DNA of 64,000 nt. Source: Actinomycetota bacterium. GTDB lineage: Bacteria > Actinomycetota > Humimicrobiia > Humimicrobiales > Humimicrobiaceae. The stretch lies in NCBI GenBank assembly GCA_028717265.1, contig JAQUOE010000003.1, positions 825-64,824 of the forward strand, given 5' to 3'. Positions within the stretch are counted from its first letter, which is position 1. Each line of letters opens with the position of its first letter. A program made the position numbers and the translations under genes. Under the pieces are notes generated by a model. It was not told the DNA's origin, made no database searches, and was given only the letters and a program-made list of their open reading frames with translations. This document shows, one piece after another, positions 39,814-49,210 of the stretch.

Positions 39814-40070
39814 CTATATCCCTGATTTCCCCTGGCATGTACATTTTTATCAATTATATTATAAATAATTCATTCATTCTATATCATAAAAGCATAAAAA
39901 ATTACTGTCAAATCAAAACAGCTTTTATTTACTCGTTTGAGGTTTATTTTTACCCGTAATTCACACAGACTTCAATAATTTATTAATAAATATATATTTA
40001 TTTTTTTTATAAAAAATTATAAAATTTTATAAAGGATTAAATAAGCAGATCGATGTGGAGGTAGCTGCAG

Positions 40071-41036
40071 ATGGAGACTCTTGTGTATAATAAAACTGAA
40101 AAAAAATTAATGGAAAGAGTCACTTTAAAAAAAATTCCCTCTTACATTAATAATCCTGAATATCTTCTCTGGACCGACATAGAGAATCCAAGCAAAGAAA
40201 ACATGCAATTTCTCATAGAGCACTTTCATTTTCATCCTCTTGATATAGAAGACTGCCTCAGCATTATAGAAAGACCTAAATTGGATGAGTATGATGACTA
40301 CTTCTTTCTGGTAATGCATATACCTTTTTTCATTAAACAAACCAGAAGATTGGTGCCCTTTACTGTCAATATTTTTATTGGAAATAACTTTCTTGTAACC
40401 GTTCACCGCGGTTTGTGCAAGCCCATACAGGACATTTTTGAATATTTATCGAAAAACAATCAAATCCTGGATAAAGGATCCGGTTATCTTCTTCATAGAG
40501 TCGTCGATTCACTTATTGACTATAATTTTCCCATACTCAATAAAATTTACAGAAATATACAGGATATTGAGGATGCCATCTTCAAAAAAGCCAGCAGTAA
40601 AAATGTCAAAGAGATACTGCTTATAAGAACCAATATCCTGACATTCAGAAATATAATCTATCCCCAGAGAAAACTGCTTAAAACCCTTGAAATCAAAGAT
40701 ATGGATTTTTTAATAGAAGCTCTGGAGGTTTATTTTAGCGATCTTGTCGACCATGTGGAAAAGATCTGGGATACTCTTGAAAATTACAAGGAACTTGTGG
40801 AAGGCGTTCATGATGCCCATCAATCATTATTATCTAATAAAATCAATGATATCATGCGCGTACTCACAATCTTTTCCGTAGTAATCCTGCCTCTTACTCT
40901 TATATCCGGAATCTATGGAATGAACGTCTCGCTTCCTCTGGGAAGTCATGCTTTTGCTTTTGTTATTATTGTGGCTATGATGTTCCTGATATCAATAGGC
41001 ATGCTGGTTTATTTTAAATATAAGGACTGGATATGA
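40071..41036 (+). CDS. corA: Magnesium/cobalt transporter CorA
   Basis: FHPLDIEDC, RPKLDEY, TLISGIYGMNV signature. Confidence 0.95.
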   Translation: METLVYNKTEKKLMERVTLKKIPSYINNPEYLLWTDIENPSKENMQFLIEHFHFHPLDIEDCLSIIERPKLDEYDDYFFLVMHIPFFIKQTRRLVPFTVNIFIGNNFLVTVHRGLCKPIQDIFEYLSKNNQILDKGSGYLLHRVVDSLIDYNFPILNKIYRNIQDIEDAIFKKASSKNVKEILLIRTNILTFRNIIYPQRKLLKTLEIKDMDFLIEALEVYFSDLVDHVEKIWDTLENYKELVEGVHDAHQSLLSNKINDIMRVLTIFSVVILPLTLISGIYGMNVSLPLGSHAFAFVIIVAMMFLISIGMLVYFKYKDWI

Positions 41037-41037
41037 A

Positions 41038-41841
41038 TCAAACCGGTTCCCTTATCTCGTCTTCAAAAAATACTTCAAAGCCGTAATGAGTAAAATCAGG
41101 TAAATACTCATCAAACAACAATTTTAATGTAAACCGTTGTTCTCCTCCGGGATTCATTTCTTCGCGGGGCAAATAACATTGTTTAATAAAAACGACCCGG
41201 TCTTTATCATTATAAAATGTACAAAAAAGTTTTATATTCCTAATCTTCTCTTCGCCGATATTGATCACTCTGCCTTCTATAATCAGGTAATCTTCCTCAT
41301 ATTTATACCCTTCGATCTCCACTATGGGATTACCTTCAAATCTTTCATAATAATCTTTATAGTTGACTCCTATTTTTACCGTATATATTTCTATATATTT
41401 CTGCTTATCTGTAAGATAATAATAAAATGGTAATCTGCTTCCGCTTCTGAGATAATTAACCGGCGCGGGGACTTTTGCTGATATTATTTCGTTTCCATGT
41501 TTATCAAGGAAGTCCAGGGTGATTTCTATATTTGTTTTGTTTGTACCGGAAATATTTTCAATCTCTCCCATTATTATCATATCTTTATAAATGTCCAGAT
41601 ATAGATTGCAATTTTTTATTTTTACATCAATAGAGCTTGTATCCTCAATCCTGATCTTTTCATATTCGAATAAATACAGATTATCCTCACTATCCGGATC
41701 TGCGGAATCTATCGATTGCTCGTCTGTATCATTTCCAAACTTACAGGATATGGGAAAAACCTGAAATAAAAAAATAGACATTAGCAGAAGAATTAAAAAA
41801 ATATTGGGGGGGAGTCTTTTTGGTCCTTTGCGGGTTAGCAT
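41038..41841 (-). CDS. Lipoprotein with two FxLYD-like Ig domains
   Basis: Lipobox-like PISC; two repeats of GEIEN...ITLDFLDKHG / GRVIN...FCTFYNDKD. Confidence 0.6.
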   Translation of the reverse strand: MLTRKGPKRLPPNIFLILLLMSIFLFQVFPISCKFGNDTDEQSIDSADPDSEDNLYLFEYEKIRIEDTSSIDVKIKNCNLYLDIYKDMIIMGEIENISGTNKTNIEITLDFLDKHGNEIISAKVPAPVNYLRSGSRLPFYYYLTDKQKYIEIYTVKIGVNYKDYYERFEGNPIVEIEGYKYEEDYLIIEGRVINIGEEKIRNIKLFCTFYNDKDRVVFIKQCYLPREEMNPGGEQRFTLKLLFDEYLPDFTHYGFEVFFEDEIREPV

Positions 41842-42218
41842 TGGTCGTCTTTCTTCACATGACTTTCTTCATTAGTAATTTCGTTTTTATCGTTTACATA
41901 TACTATTTTTGGCAGGTGCCCGGCGGCTTTCTCATTCTCCATATAAGCAAAAGATAAGATAATGATCTTTTCTCCTCTGAGTATCTTCCTCGCAGCTGCT
42001 CCGTTTATACAAATTTCTCCGCTATTCTCCTTTCCCTCTATAACATATGTTTCCAGCCTCTCACCGCTGTCAAGGCTTACTACAAGGACTTTTTCGTAAG
42101 GATATATCTTTGCATGTTCCATCAATTTTTTATCTATGCTTATGCTCCCCATATACTCGATTTCCGCATCGGTCACCGTCGCCCTGTGGATCTTACTTTT
42201 TAAAATACAGACTATCAA
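41835..42218 (-). CDS. panD: Aspartate 1-decarboxylase PanD
   Basis: LKSKIHRATVT, YMG|SISID self-cleavage site, ETYVI, INGAAAR. Confidence 0.96.
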   Translation of the reverse strand: MIVCILKSKIHRATVTDAEIEYMGSISIDKKLMEHAKIYPYEKVLVVSLDSGERLETYVIEGKENSGEICINGAAARKILRGEKIIILSFAYMENEKAAGHLPKIVYVNDKNEITNEESHVKKDDQC

Positions 42219-42264
42219 TTTTTTCTCCTCTGCAATCCGTGTTTATTTTAAATCAATATCACTT

Positions 42265-43122
42265 TTATACTTTTATTATCATATTGTCAATCAGTCTGGT
42301 CTTTCCAATCCTGACCGCAATCGCAGCCAGTATATTTCTATTCTCCTTATTCACTCTTTTTATATGCTCGAGTGTCCCCGGATCTCTAAAATCAAAATAA
42401 TCTACTTTTCTGACAGATCTGTTTTTTTTCAATTTGGTCATAATTGTTTTTCTTATTTTCTCGAGGTCTTTCTCCCCTTTTTTAATCATATCCTTCGCTT
42501 CAGTCAGGCACCCGAATAAGACAGCGGCACTTTTTCTCTCTCCGGCAGAAAGATACTTATTTCTGGAACTTAAAGCAAGCCCGTCTTTTTCTCTTACAGT
42601 GGGACAGCCTGTGATTTTGACATCCAGATTCATGTCGCAGACCATTCTTTTTATTATTACCAGTTGCTGATAATCTTTTTGCCCGAAGTATGCCCTGTCG
42701 GGCTTCACAATATTAAAAAACTTCAGAACCACCGTAGCCACCCCCGAAAAATGACCGGGCCTGTATTCCCCGCACATAATGTCTCCGAGTTCCTTCACCT
42801 CTACTGCAGTCTTAAAATCCTGACCATACATTTCCTTTGCTGCTGGGTAGAATATATAATCCGCTCCTGCGTTTCCTGCCATGGAGATGTCCCTTTTCAT
42901 ATCCCTCGGATAGTTTTTAAAGTCCTCTCCGGGACCGAATTGTAGAGGATTAACGAAAATACTTATAAATATCCTGTCACATTCTTTCTTTGCCTTTCTA
43001 ATAAGGCTCAGATGTCCTTCGTGCAGAAAACCCATCGTGGGAACAAAGCCTATTGTAAGGCCTCTCTTCTTGATATCGTCTACTATTGATTTGCATTCGG
43101 TTATTTTTTTCAATATTTCCAT
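42265..43122 (-). CDS. panC: Pantoate-beta-alanine ligase PanC
   Basis: FVPTMGFLHEGH, FVNPLQF, RPGHFSGV, FGQKDYQQ, GLALSSRN, TRLIDN. Confidence 0.97.
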   Translation of the reverse strand: MEILKKITECKSIVDDIKKRGLTIGFVPTMGFLHEGHLSLIRKAKKECDRIFISIFVNPLQFGPGEDFKNYPRDMKRDISMAGNAGADYIFYPAAKEMYGQDFKTAVEVKELGDIMCGEYRPGHFSGVATVVLKFFNIVKPDRAYFGQKDYQQLVIIKRMVCDMNLDVKITGCPTVREKDGLALSSRNKYLSAGERKSAAVLFGCLTEAKDMIKKGEKDLEKIRKTIMTKLKKNRSVRKVDYFDFRDPGTLEHIKRVNKENRNILAAIAVRIGKTRLIDNMIIKV

Positions 43123-43167
43123 TTTTGAATATCAAAAATCCTTTATGGCCGAACAGGGATTTATTTT

Positions 43168-43968
43168 TTAATAAGAATGCTCCTCTGAGGGAAATTTCTT
43201 ATTTTTAACTTCTTCTATATATTTCGTGTAGCATTTCTTCATTTCTGTTCCCAGTTCAGCATACCTCTTTGAAAATTTCGGTTTAAATTCTTCAAAACAT
43301 CCAAGCATATCGTGTGTCACGAGCACCTGGCCGTCGCAATTTATTCCTGCTCCTATTCCTATCGTTGGAACGCTGATTTTTCGTGTTATCTTCTTTGCAA
43401 GCTCTGCCGGGATCTTCTCCAATACTATCGAAAATACTCCGGCTTCCTCAAGCATGCCTGCATCTTCAATCATCTTCAAAGCCTGATTTTCGTCTTTCCC
43501 TCTGACGCCATAACCACCGAATTTATAAACAGATTGTGGAGTAAATCCCAGATGTCCCATTACTGGAATTCCTGAATCAACTATTTTCTTTATGGTCAAA
43601 ATGATTTCTTTCCCACCTTCAAGTTTTACCGCTTCGACTCCGGCTTCTTTTAAAAATCTTCCGGCATTCCTTACCGCCCCGGTAATGCTTGCCTGATAAG
43701 ACATGAATGGCATATCTCCTATCACCATTGCCCTTTCCACACCGCGGCAGACCGCTTTGCAGTGATGGATCATTTCGTCCATCGATACCGGTATGGTATT
43801 TTTATATCCCAGCAGCACATTTGCCACAGAATCTCCCACCAGTATCAAGTCTATGCCGCACTCGTCCAGCTGAGATGCCATCAGGCAATCATACGCGGTA
43901 AGCATTGTTATTTTTTCGCCCTTCTTTTTCATCTCAATAAGATCTTTTGTCGTTATCTTTTTCGACAT
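43168..43968 (-). CDS. panB: 3-methyl-2-oxobutanoate hydroxymethyltransferase PanB
   Basis: [44 protein letters not shown]. Confidence 0.97.
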   Translation of the reverse strand: MSKKITTKDLIEMKKKGEKITMLTAYDCLMASQLDECGIDLILVGDSVANVLLGYKNTIPVSMDEMIHHCKAVCRGVERAMVIGDMPFMSYQASITGAVRNAGRFLKEAGVEAVKLEGGKEIILTIKKIVDSGIPVMGHLGFTPQSVYKFGGYGVRGKDENQALKMIEDAGMLEEAGVFSIVLEKIPAELAKKITRKISVPTIGIGAGINCDGQVLVTHDMLGCFEEFKPKFSKRYAELGTEMKKCYTKYIEEVKNKKFPSEEHSY

Positions 43969-43983
43969 GGCAATATCCCCTTT

Positions 43984-44901
43984 CTATTTCCCGAGTATTT
44001 TCCTTAACTCCTCTGTTGTGTTTTTATCTATCCATTTATTTTGATGCGCAATTTTACTTGTTTCTATCCCCATGATTTTATACAGATCAGCGTACTCTTT
44101 CGGAAAAAATTTATTGAAACCTGCCATATGTTCCTTTATGGTTCCCGTATCTCCTCTTGCTATCGGTCCGGTCAGGGATTTCTTTGTTCCCATTTTCTTT
44201 ATATTACCCACTGTTCCCTCCGCCAGACTTATTAAACCCTTTAATGAATCCTCTGGCTTTATCCCTATCTTTTTGTGTATTGATACGGCATAATCCATAA
44301 GAGTTACAAGATAGTTTGAAGCGGCACATGCAGCTGCATGGTAAAGTGGTTTTTTTCCGTCTTCTACCTCAATGGTTTCCCCTCCGAGATTTCTCACCAG
44401 AAATTCTGCCATTTTTTTTGATTTTATGCTTGAAAAGGTTACTCCGAATACGGTTCCCGGCAGGGATTTTACGGCTTCTTCCGCAGAAGCAAAAGATTTT
44501 AACGGGTGTATGGATGCAGTTTCAGCTCCTGCGTCTCTGGCGGAATCCAGGACCGCAAGCGGCTTCGATCCGCTGAAATGAAACACATAATAATCTTTCA
44601 AATAACTATTTCTCTTGTTTTTAAAAATATTATCGCTGACTGTCCTTATAGAATCATCCGGGATGCATATTAAAACGCAATTCGCAAGTGACGCTGCTTT
44701 GGCATTGTCCCTGGTAAAAATTATATCAGCCGCTCCGGCTCCCAAAAATTTCCTTGCCCTCTTTAAAGTTTCCGCTGATCTCGAAGAAATGGCCCTTATC
44801 TTTATACCCGATGATTTTCTTAAGGAAAGCGCATAACATATAGTTATGCCAACCCTTCCTGCGCCAATGACGCACAGGTCTATTTTTTTTATTTTTTCCA
44901 T
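43984..44901 (-). CDS. panG: Rossmann-like + DUF2520 protein, probable PanG-type ketopantoate reductase
   Basis: IGAGRVG, HFSGS, HPLKSF, YHAAACAASNY, LTGPIARGD; first gene of the pan cluster. Confidence 0.75.
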   Translation of the reverse strand: MEKIKKIDLCVIGAGRVGITICYALSLRKSSGIKIRAISSRSAETLKRARKFLGAGAADIIFTRDNAKAASLANCVLICIPDDSIRTVSDNIFKNKRNSYLKDYYVFHFSGSKPLAVLDSARDAGAETASIHPLKSFASAEEAVKSLPGTVFGVTFSSIKSKKMAEFLVRNLGGETIEVEDGKKPLYHAAACAASNYLVTLMDYAVSIHKKIGIKPEDSLKGLISLAEGTVGNIKKMGTKKSLTGPIARGDTGTIKEHMAGFNKFFPKEYADLYKIMGIETSKIAHQNKWIDKNTTEELRKILGK

Positions 44902-44939
44902 GGTTTTTATTTTCGCTTTATTTCCCGGCTGTTTATATT

Positions 44940-46049
44940 CTAGGAGACTCTGATGGGCATAAGTAAATAAATCAAGTCTTTGTTTTTTTCAGATTTTATC
45001 AAAATAGGTTTAAGGGGTTCCTCTATCGATAATATTATATTCTTCTCGTCCATAATATTTAAACCGTCGATTAAAAACTCGGGATTAAAGGCTATCTCCA
45101 TTCTTTCTTCTCCATATGAAACATCAAAATCCTCGCTGGAGCTTCCAATTTCTCTTATATTCATAAATACCGTTATTTTACCTTTATCAATAGTGATCTT
45201 TACGGGTATGTTGTCCTGCGAGATTGATGAAATTCTCTTTACCACCTCAAGCATTTTGTCTTTATCTATTATTATGTCGTGCTTCATTTTCTGAGGAATA
45301 AGCTGTTTGTATTCCGGGAATTTTCCGGAAAGTAATCTTGACACCATAATGATCTTTTTTTTACTGGCGCTTTCCATGTAAAAACTTGCCTGGTTTTCTT
45401 CGATGCTTATCTCTATATCTCCGTCCCTAAATTCACTTTTAACAATATTGTCGAGAACTTTTGAGGGAACGACAACTTTTATCGGTTGTTTCCCGCCGCC
45501 TATTTTTTCTTTAACCAGAGCCAGCCTGTAGCTATCAGTTGCTACCATGCTCAACACGTCATCCCCTATCTCCAGAAGCACTCCGGTCAGGATTGCCCTT
45601 CCTTCGTCCAGGGATGCTGCTTTTTCTGCTTTTGACACAATATCCTTAAATTTATTCAGGTTTATTTTCAAATAATTTTCTTTCTTTGTTTCTGGGAAAA
45701 CCGGGTATTCTTCCAGAGATAATGTATTTAATGTAAAAAATGCGTTTTCGCAACTAATTTTTACCTGGTTCTTTGTCTTGTCCAGTTCCAGCTCTATTTT
45801 TGATTCTTTCAGGCTTTTTAATATATTTGCCAGAATCCTTGCGGGCACCACCGCTTTCCCTCTTTCAAGAACCTTTACTTCCATTGTGCATTTTATGCTT
45901 GTCTCAAGATCGGTACTGTATACAGTCAGGCCCTCTCCGGCATCAAGCATGATCCCGTTCAGTATGAACGATGAGGCTTTTGGACTTATTGCTCTGCTGG
46001 CAAATAAAATAGTTTCCAGAAGGTCGGTCTTTGTAGTTTGAAATTTCAT
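44940..46049 (-). CDS. dnaN: DNA polymerase III beta sliding clamp
   Basis: STDLE, ILTGVLL, VATDSYRLA, GKFPEY, IAFNPEFLIDGL, YLLMPIR. Confidence 0.97.
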   Translation of the reverse strand: MKFQTTKTDLLETILFASRAISPKASSFILNGIMLDAGEGLTVYSTDLETSIKCTMEVKVLERGKAVVPARILANILKSLKESKIELELDKTKNQVKISCENAFFTLNTLSLEEYPVFPETKKENYLKINLNKFKDIVSKAEKAASLDEGRAILTGVLLEIGDDVLSMVATDSYRLALVKEKIGGGKQPIKVVVPSKVLDNIVKSEFRDGDIEISIEENQASFYMESASKKKIIMVSRLLSGKFPEYKQLIPQKMKHDIIIDKDKMLEVVKRISSISQDNIPVKITIDKGKITVFMNIREIGSSSEDFDVSYGEERMEIAFNPEFLIDGLNIMDEKNIILSIEEPLKPILIKSEKNKDLIYLLMPIRVS

Positions 46050-46349
46050 TATAGCCCTCTAATTTCTTTAAATATTTGAAATATAAACATATTTTATTAT
46101 ATATAGTGTTTAATTTAAATAGTCAGTAATAGTTATAATATATGTTGAGAATGTTAAGATGGTAAAAAAAGACAGTGAATTACAGCCGGTTCCATAAAGA
46201 CACCTGTTAACAATACAGCTTAAAGCTGTTTAAAGTAATAAAAAAAATATATAAGAAAATTAAAACGTTTAGTTTTAAACAAGGGAAACAGTTAATTGTT
46301 AAAAACTTTATCTATTATTCAACAGGTTCTAAACACAGGCATTCAGATT
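46050..46349. other. Predicted oriC unwinding region (dnaA-dnaN intergenic): variant DnaA boxes, DnaA-trio-like repeats, AT-rich DUE
   Basis: Minus strand ATCTTAACA TTCTCAACA (46160-46143), then ACTATTACTGACTATT (46133-46118), then AT-rich tract. Further TT(T/C/G)TNAACA at 46205, 46273, 46297, 46327. Confidence 0.75.
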
Positions 46350-47711
46350 TTACGCAGACGTCTTTATCCTGTTGGTAATTTCCTGAATCTGTACATAGAC
46401 AGTTTTATCGGTATTTATAAGATTTGAGATTCTTGAAACGGCGTATATTACAGTTGAATGATCGCGGTTCCCGAAAGATTTTCCGATTCTGGGCAAAGAA
46501 CTGCTTGTAAGCTCTCTGGATAAATACATTGCGAGCTGACGTGCATGTGATATGAATTTATTTCTCTTGGCACTTATAATATCATTGATGGGTATTGAGA
46601 AATATCTTGATACTTCTTTAATTATTGTTTGAATACTTATCTTGTGATCCGTATCATCGGGCAAAATATCTTTTAATATGTTTTTAGCCATGTTTAAATC
46701 CGGTTTGGAGTTAGTAAGGGAAGCAAATGCGACTATTCTTGTAAGAGAACCCTCCAGCTCCCTGATGTTAGAAGTAATTTTTTCGGCAATTAAATTTAGT
46801 ATGTCATCAGAGGTAGAGATTTTTTCTCTTTCGGAATATTTTTTTAAAATTGCCAGTCTTGTTTCCAGATCCGGCGGCTTGATATCAGTCACCAGACCCC
46901 ACTCAAACCTTGACCGGAGTCTTTCTTCAAGAGTGGAAATGTTTTTTGGTGCCCTGTCGCTTGAGAGGACTATCTGCCGGTTGGTATCATGAAGGGCGTT
47001 AAATGTATGAAAAAATTCTTCCTGGCTGGCTTCCTTATCCTCGAGAAAATGTATATCATCGACGAGCAAAACATCATTGTTTCTATAGTTTTCTTTAAAC
47101 GAAAATATATTTTTATAACGGAGAGCATTTATAAAATCATTAAGAAATCTTTCAGCCGAAACATATTTTATGGTTTTATTGGGATGCAGCTGCATTGTGT
47201 ATTGAGCTATTGCATGCAGAAGGTGCGTCTTTCCCAATCCCACTCCCCCATAAATAAACAATGGATTATAGGCTTTGCCCGGATTCTCGCTGACCGCAAG
47301 AGAGGCAGTACAGGCAAACCTGTTGCTGCTCCCAACGATAAATGTATCAAAAGTGTACTTTGAATTAAAAAGAGAATTTTTGTTTTGTTTAAAGGGATAC
47401 TTTTCCTCTTTTAAAGTTTCGTCAATGTATTTGTCATATTTACCGTTAGTATTTTTGGAACTTCCGGGAACAGTAACGATTTTTATTTTACATGAATTGT
47501 TTGTCGCTTTTTTAATTGATTCCGATAGAAGATTTGAGTATCTGGACTCAAGCCACTCTTTAGCGAAATTACTGCCGACTGAAATAGTTAAACAGTTTTT
47601 TTTTAACGAAAGTGGGGTTATGTGTTCGAACCAGGCTTTATATGTAGGGAGATTGATATTGTTTTTAATATCTTCGAGAGTATTTTTCCAGATGTTTTGT
47701 AGGTCCGACAT
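46350..47711 (-). CDS. dnaA: Chromosomal replication initiator DnaA
   Basis: YTFDTFIVGSSN, YNPLFIYGGVGLGKTHL, LLVDDI, RLRSRFEWGL, NIRELEG, domain IV RDHSTVIYA. Confidence 0.98.
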   Translation of the reverse strand: MSDLQNIWKNTLEDIKNNINLPTYKAWFEHITPLSLKKNCLTISVGSNFAKEWLESRYSNLLSESIKKATNNSCKIKIVTVPGSSKNTNGKYDKYIDETLKEEKYPFKQNKNSLFNSKYTFDTFIVGSSNRFACTASLAVSENPGKAYNPLFIYGGVGLGKTHLLHAIAQYTMQLHPNKTIKYVSAERFLNDFINALRYKNIFSFKENYRNNDVLLVDDIHFLEDKEASQEEFFHTFNALHDTNRQIVLSSDRAPKNISTLEERLRSRFEWGLVTDIKPPDLETRLAILKKYSEREKISTSDDILNLIAEKITSNIRELEGSLTRIVAFASLTNSKPDLNMAKNILKDILPDDTDHKISIQTIIKEVSRYFSIPINDIISAKRNKFISHARQLAMYLSRELTSSSLPRIGKSFGNRDHSTVIYAVSRISNLINTDKTVYVQIQEITNRIKTSA

Positions 47712-47723
47712 AATACTCTAATA

Positions 47724-48590
47724 TTAAATATTATTTGAATAATATTCAAGGTATTTTAATCCTTTTTTAGATAATTTTCTCTTACCGTTACTGCTTGAGG
47801 CAAGCAGTTTGTTCTTTTCCAGGTAGATTAATTCCCGGTATGAAGTAGAAAGACTGAAGCCCAGTTCGCTGGCTATCGTAGAAGGCCCGGCTTCCTCAAG
47901 CTCAAGGATCACAAAAAGGATTTTCTTTTGTCTGTCAGATAATAATTTACGGTCAAATTTATCAATGCCATCCGCCGGGTTTTTTTTATCCTCATCGAGG
48001 ACAACAGGTATCGATTCACCGGTTGTCTTGATTTCCGTATCTTTTACACCATCACTCTTTTCCGGCTGCCCAAGTTTTAAAGATATTACTGTCCCTTTTC
48101 TTATATTATCCTTTACATCGATAGACCCCCCCGAAAAAGTTATTGTTTCCTTTACTATGGGAAAACCTGAACCTACCCCCCTGATATATTCTTTCATTTT
48201 ACTCGTAGCAGAAGTATATCCCGGTAGAAAAGCTTTTTCTTTGTCTTCGATTCCCGGCCCCTGGTCCGTTATGATGATATGGTCTCCCCTTCCCAGTACG
48301 GTAATAACAACTTCTTTGAAATCTGCGTGTATAAGATTCTCTATTATCTCTTTTATTATTGTGTAGGGAATCCTTCCTCCTATCTCATGGGACAGACTGT
48401 AAGTTTTTTGTGTGGTTTCATTAATGAAGTCGGCAATATTATCATAGCTGAGATTCACTATCCTTGGAATACTGCGCATGTTGTCATAGACTGCGATCCT
48501 GACTGGTATTTTTTCAATGTTTCCATAGATTTTTTCGGAATCGGCAGCAATATTTGGTTTAGTATTTTCGTCAGGCATTATTAATTTCAA
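47724..48590 (-). CDS. Uncharacterised GHKL (HATPase_c) ATPase fused to a C-terminal winged HTH
   Basis: N box EIIENLIHA, G1 DQGPGI, G2 GVGSGF, G3 KGT; C-terminal LSDRQKKIL...GPSTIASELGFSLSTSYRELIYLE...GKR; no His phosphoacceptor helix seen. Confidence 0.8.
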   Translation of the reverse strand: MKLIMPDENTKPNIAADSEKIYGNIEKIPVRIAVYDNMRSIPRIVNLSYDNIADFINETTQKTYSLSHEIGGRIPYTIIKEIIENLIHADFKEVVITVLGRGDHIIITDQGPGIEDKEKAFLPGYTSATSKMKEYIRGVGSGFPIVKETITFSGGSIDVKDNIRKGTVISLKLGQPEKSDGVKDTEIKTTGESIPVVLDEDKKNPADGIDKFDRKLLSDRQKKILFVILELEEAGPSTIASELGFSLSTSYRELIYLEKNKLLASSSNGKRKLSKKGLKYLEYYSNNI

Positions 48591-48671
48591 CTTTAACGTG
48601 AATTGTCCTATTTAACAGAAAACATATCAATAAGCGATATTACTTTTCATTTTCTTTTCAGAAGCTTAAGG

Positions 48672-48812
48672 TTTTCAACAGATTAATAATAATATTTTAA
48701 CAAGGAAAAAGCTACTAGATTGTACGATAAGTCCTTCGGATTAAAATCATATGACATATGATTTAGTGAAGTTTTTTAAGTTTTCAACAATTTTTTCAAC
48801 AGGTGTTGAAAA
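48672..48812. promoter_or_regulatory. Cluster of four perfect TTTTCAACA 9-mers (putative variant DnaA boxes) between the GHKL gene and rpmH
   Basis: Plus strand at 48672, 48781 and 48793; inverted (TGTTGAAAA) at 48804. Confidence 0.65.
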
Positions 48813-49054
48813 GTTATTTAAATTTTTGAAATGCTATGAGAAATTACACCATAATATATATAAAATAAATATCATTTTCAAAAGAGGTCTTTCACCAGAA
48901 CAGATGTTTGAGTAAATAACATGCTTCAAAAAAAAGATAAAAATAAAAATGCTTAAAGGAACACTTATTTAAATGTGGGAATCTTGATATTAGAAAGATT
49001 AAAATGTATAATCTACTACTTGACTGAAAACAATAATATATAGATTGGGTAAAA

Positions 49055-49189
49055 ATGAAAAGGACATTTCAGCCTAACGCAAGGAAAAGAAAAAAGGTTC
49101 ACGGTTTCAGAGTAAGAATGGAAACCAAAGCCGGCAGGGCCATAATTTCGTGCAGAAGAAAAAAAGGAAGAAAAAAGCTTTCTGCTTAA
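49055..49189 (+). CDS. rpmH: 50S ribosomal protein bL34
   Basis: Below the ORF cutoff; [44 protein letters not shown]. Confidence 0.97.
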   Translation: MKRTFQPNARKRKKVHGFRVRMETKAGRAIISCRRKKGRKKLSA

Positions 49190-49210
49190 AGATGAAAAAG
49201 GAAGACTGAT

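Noticed and set aside
48973-48981. TGTGGGAAT as a canonical DnaA box
   Set aside because: Two mismatches to TTWTNCACA and isolated
49193-49195. Selenocysteine or readthrough at the TGA preceding rnpA
   Set aside because: No in-frame upstream start that fits, RnpA has no Sec site, and no SECIS-like hairpin was seen
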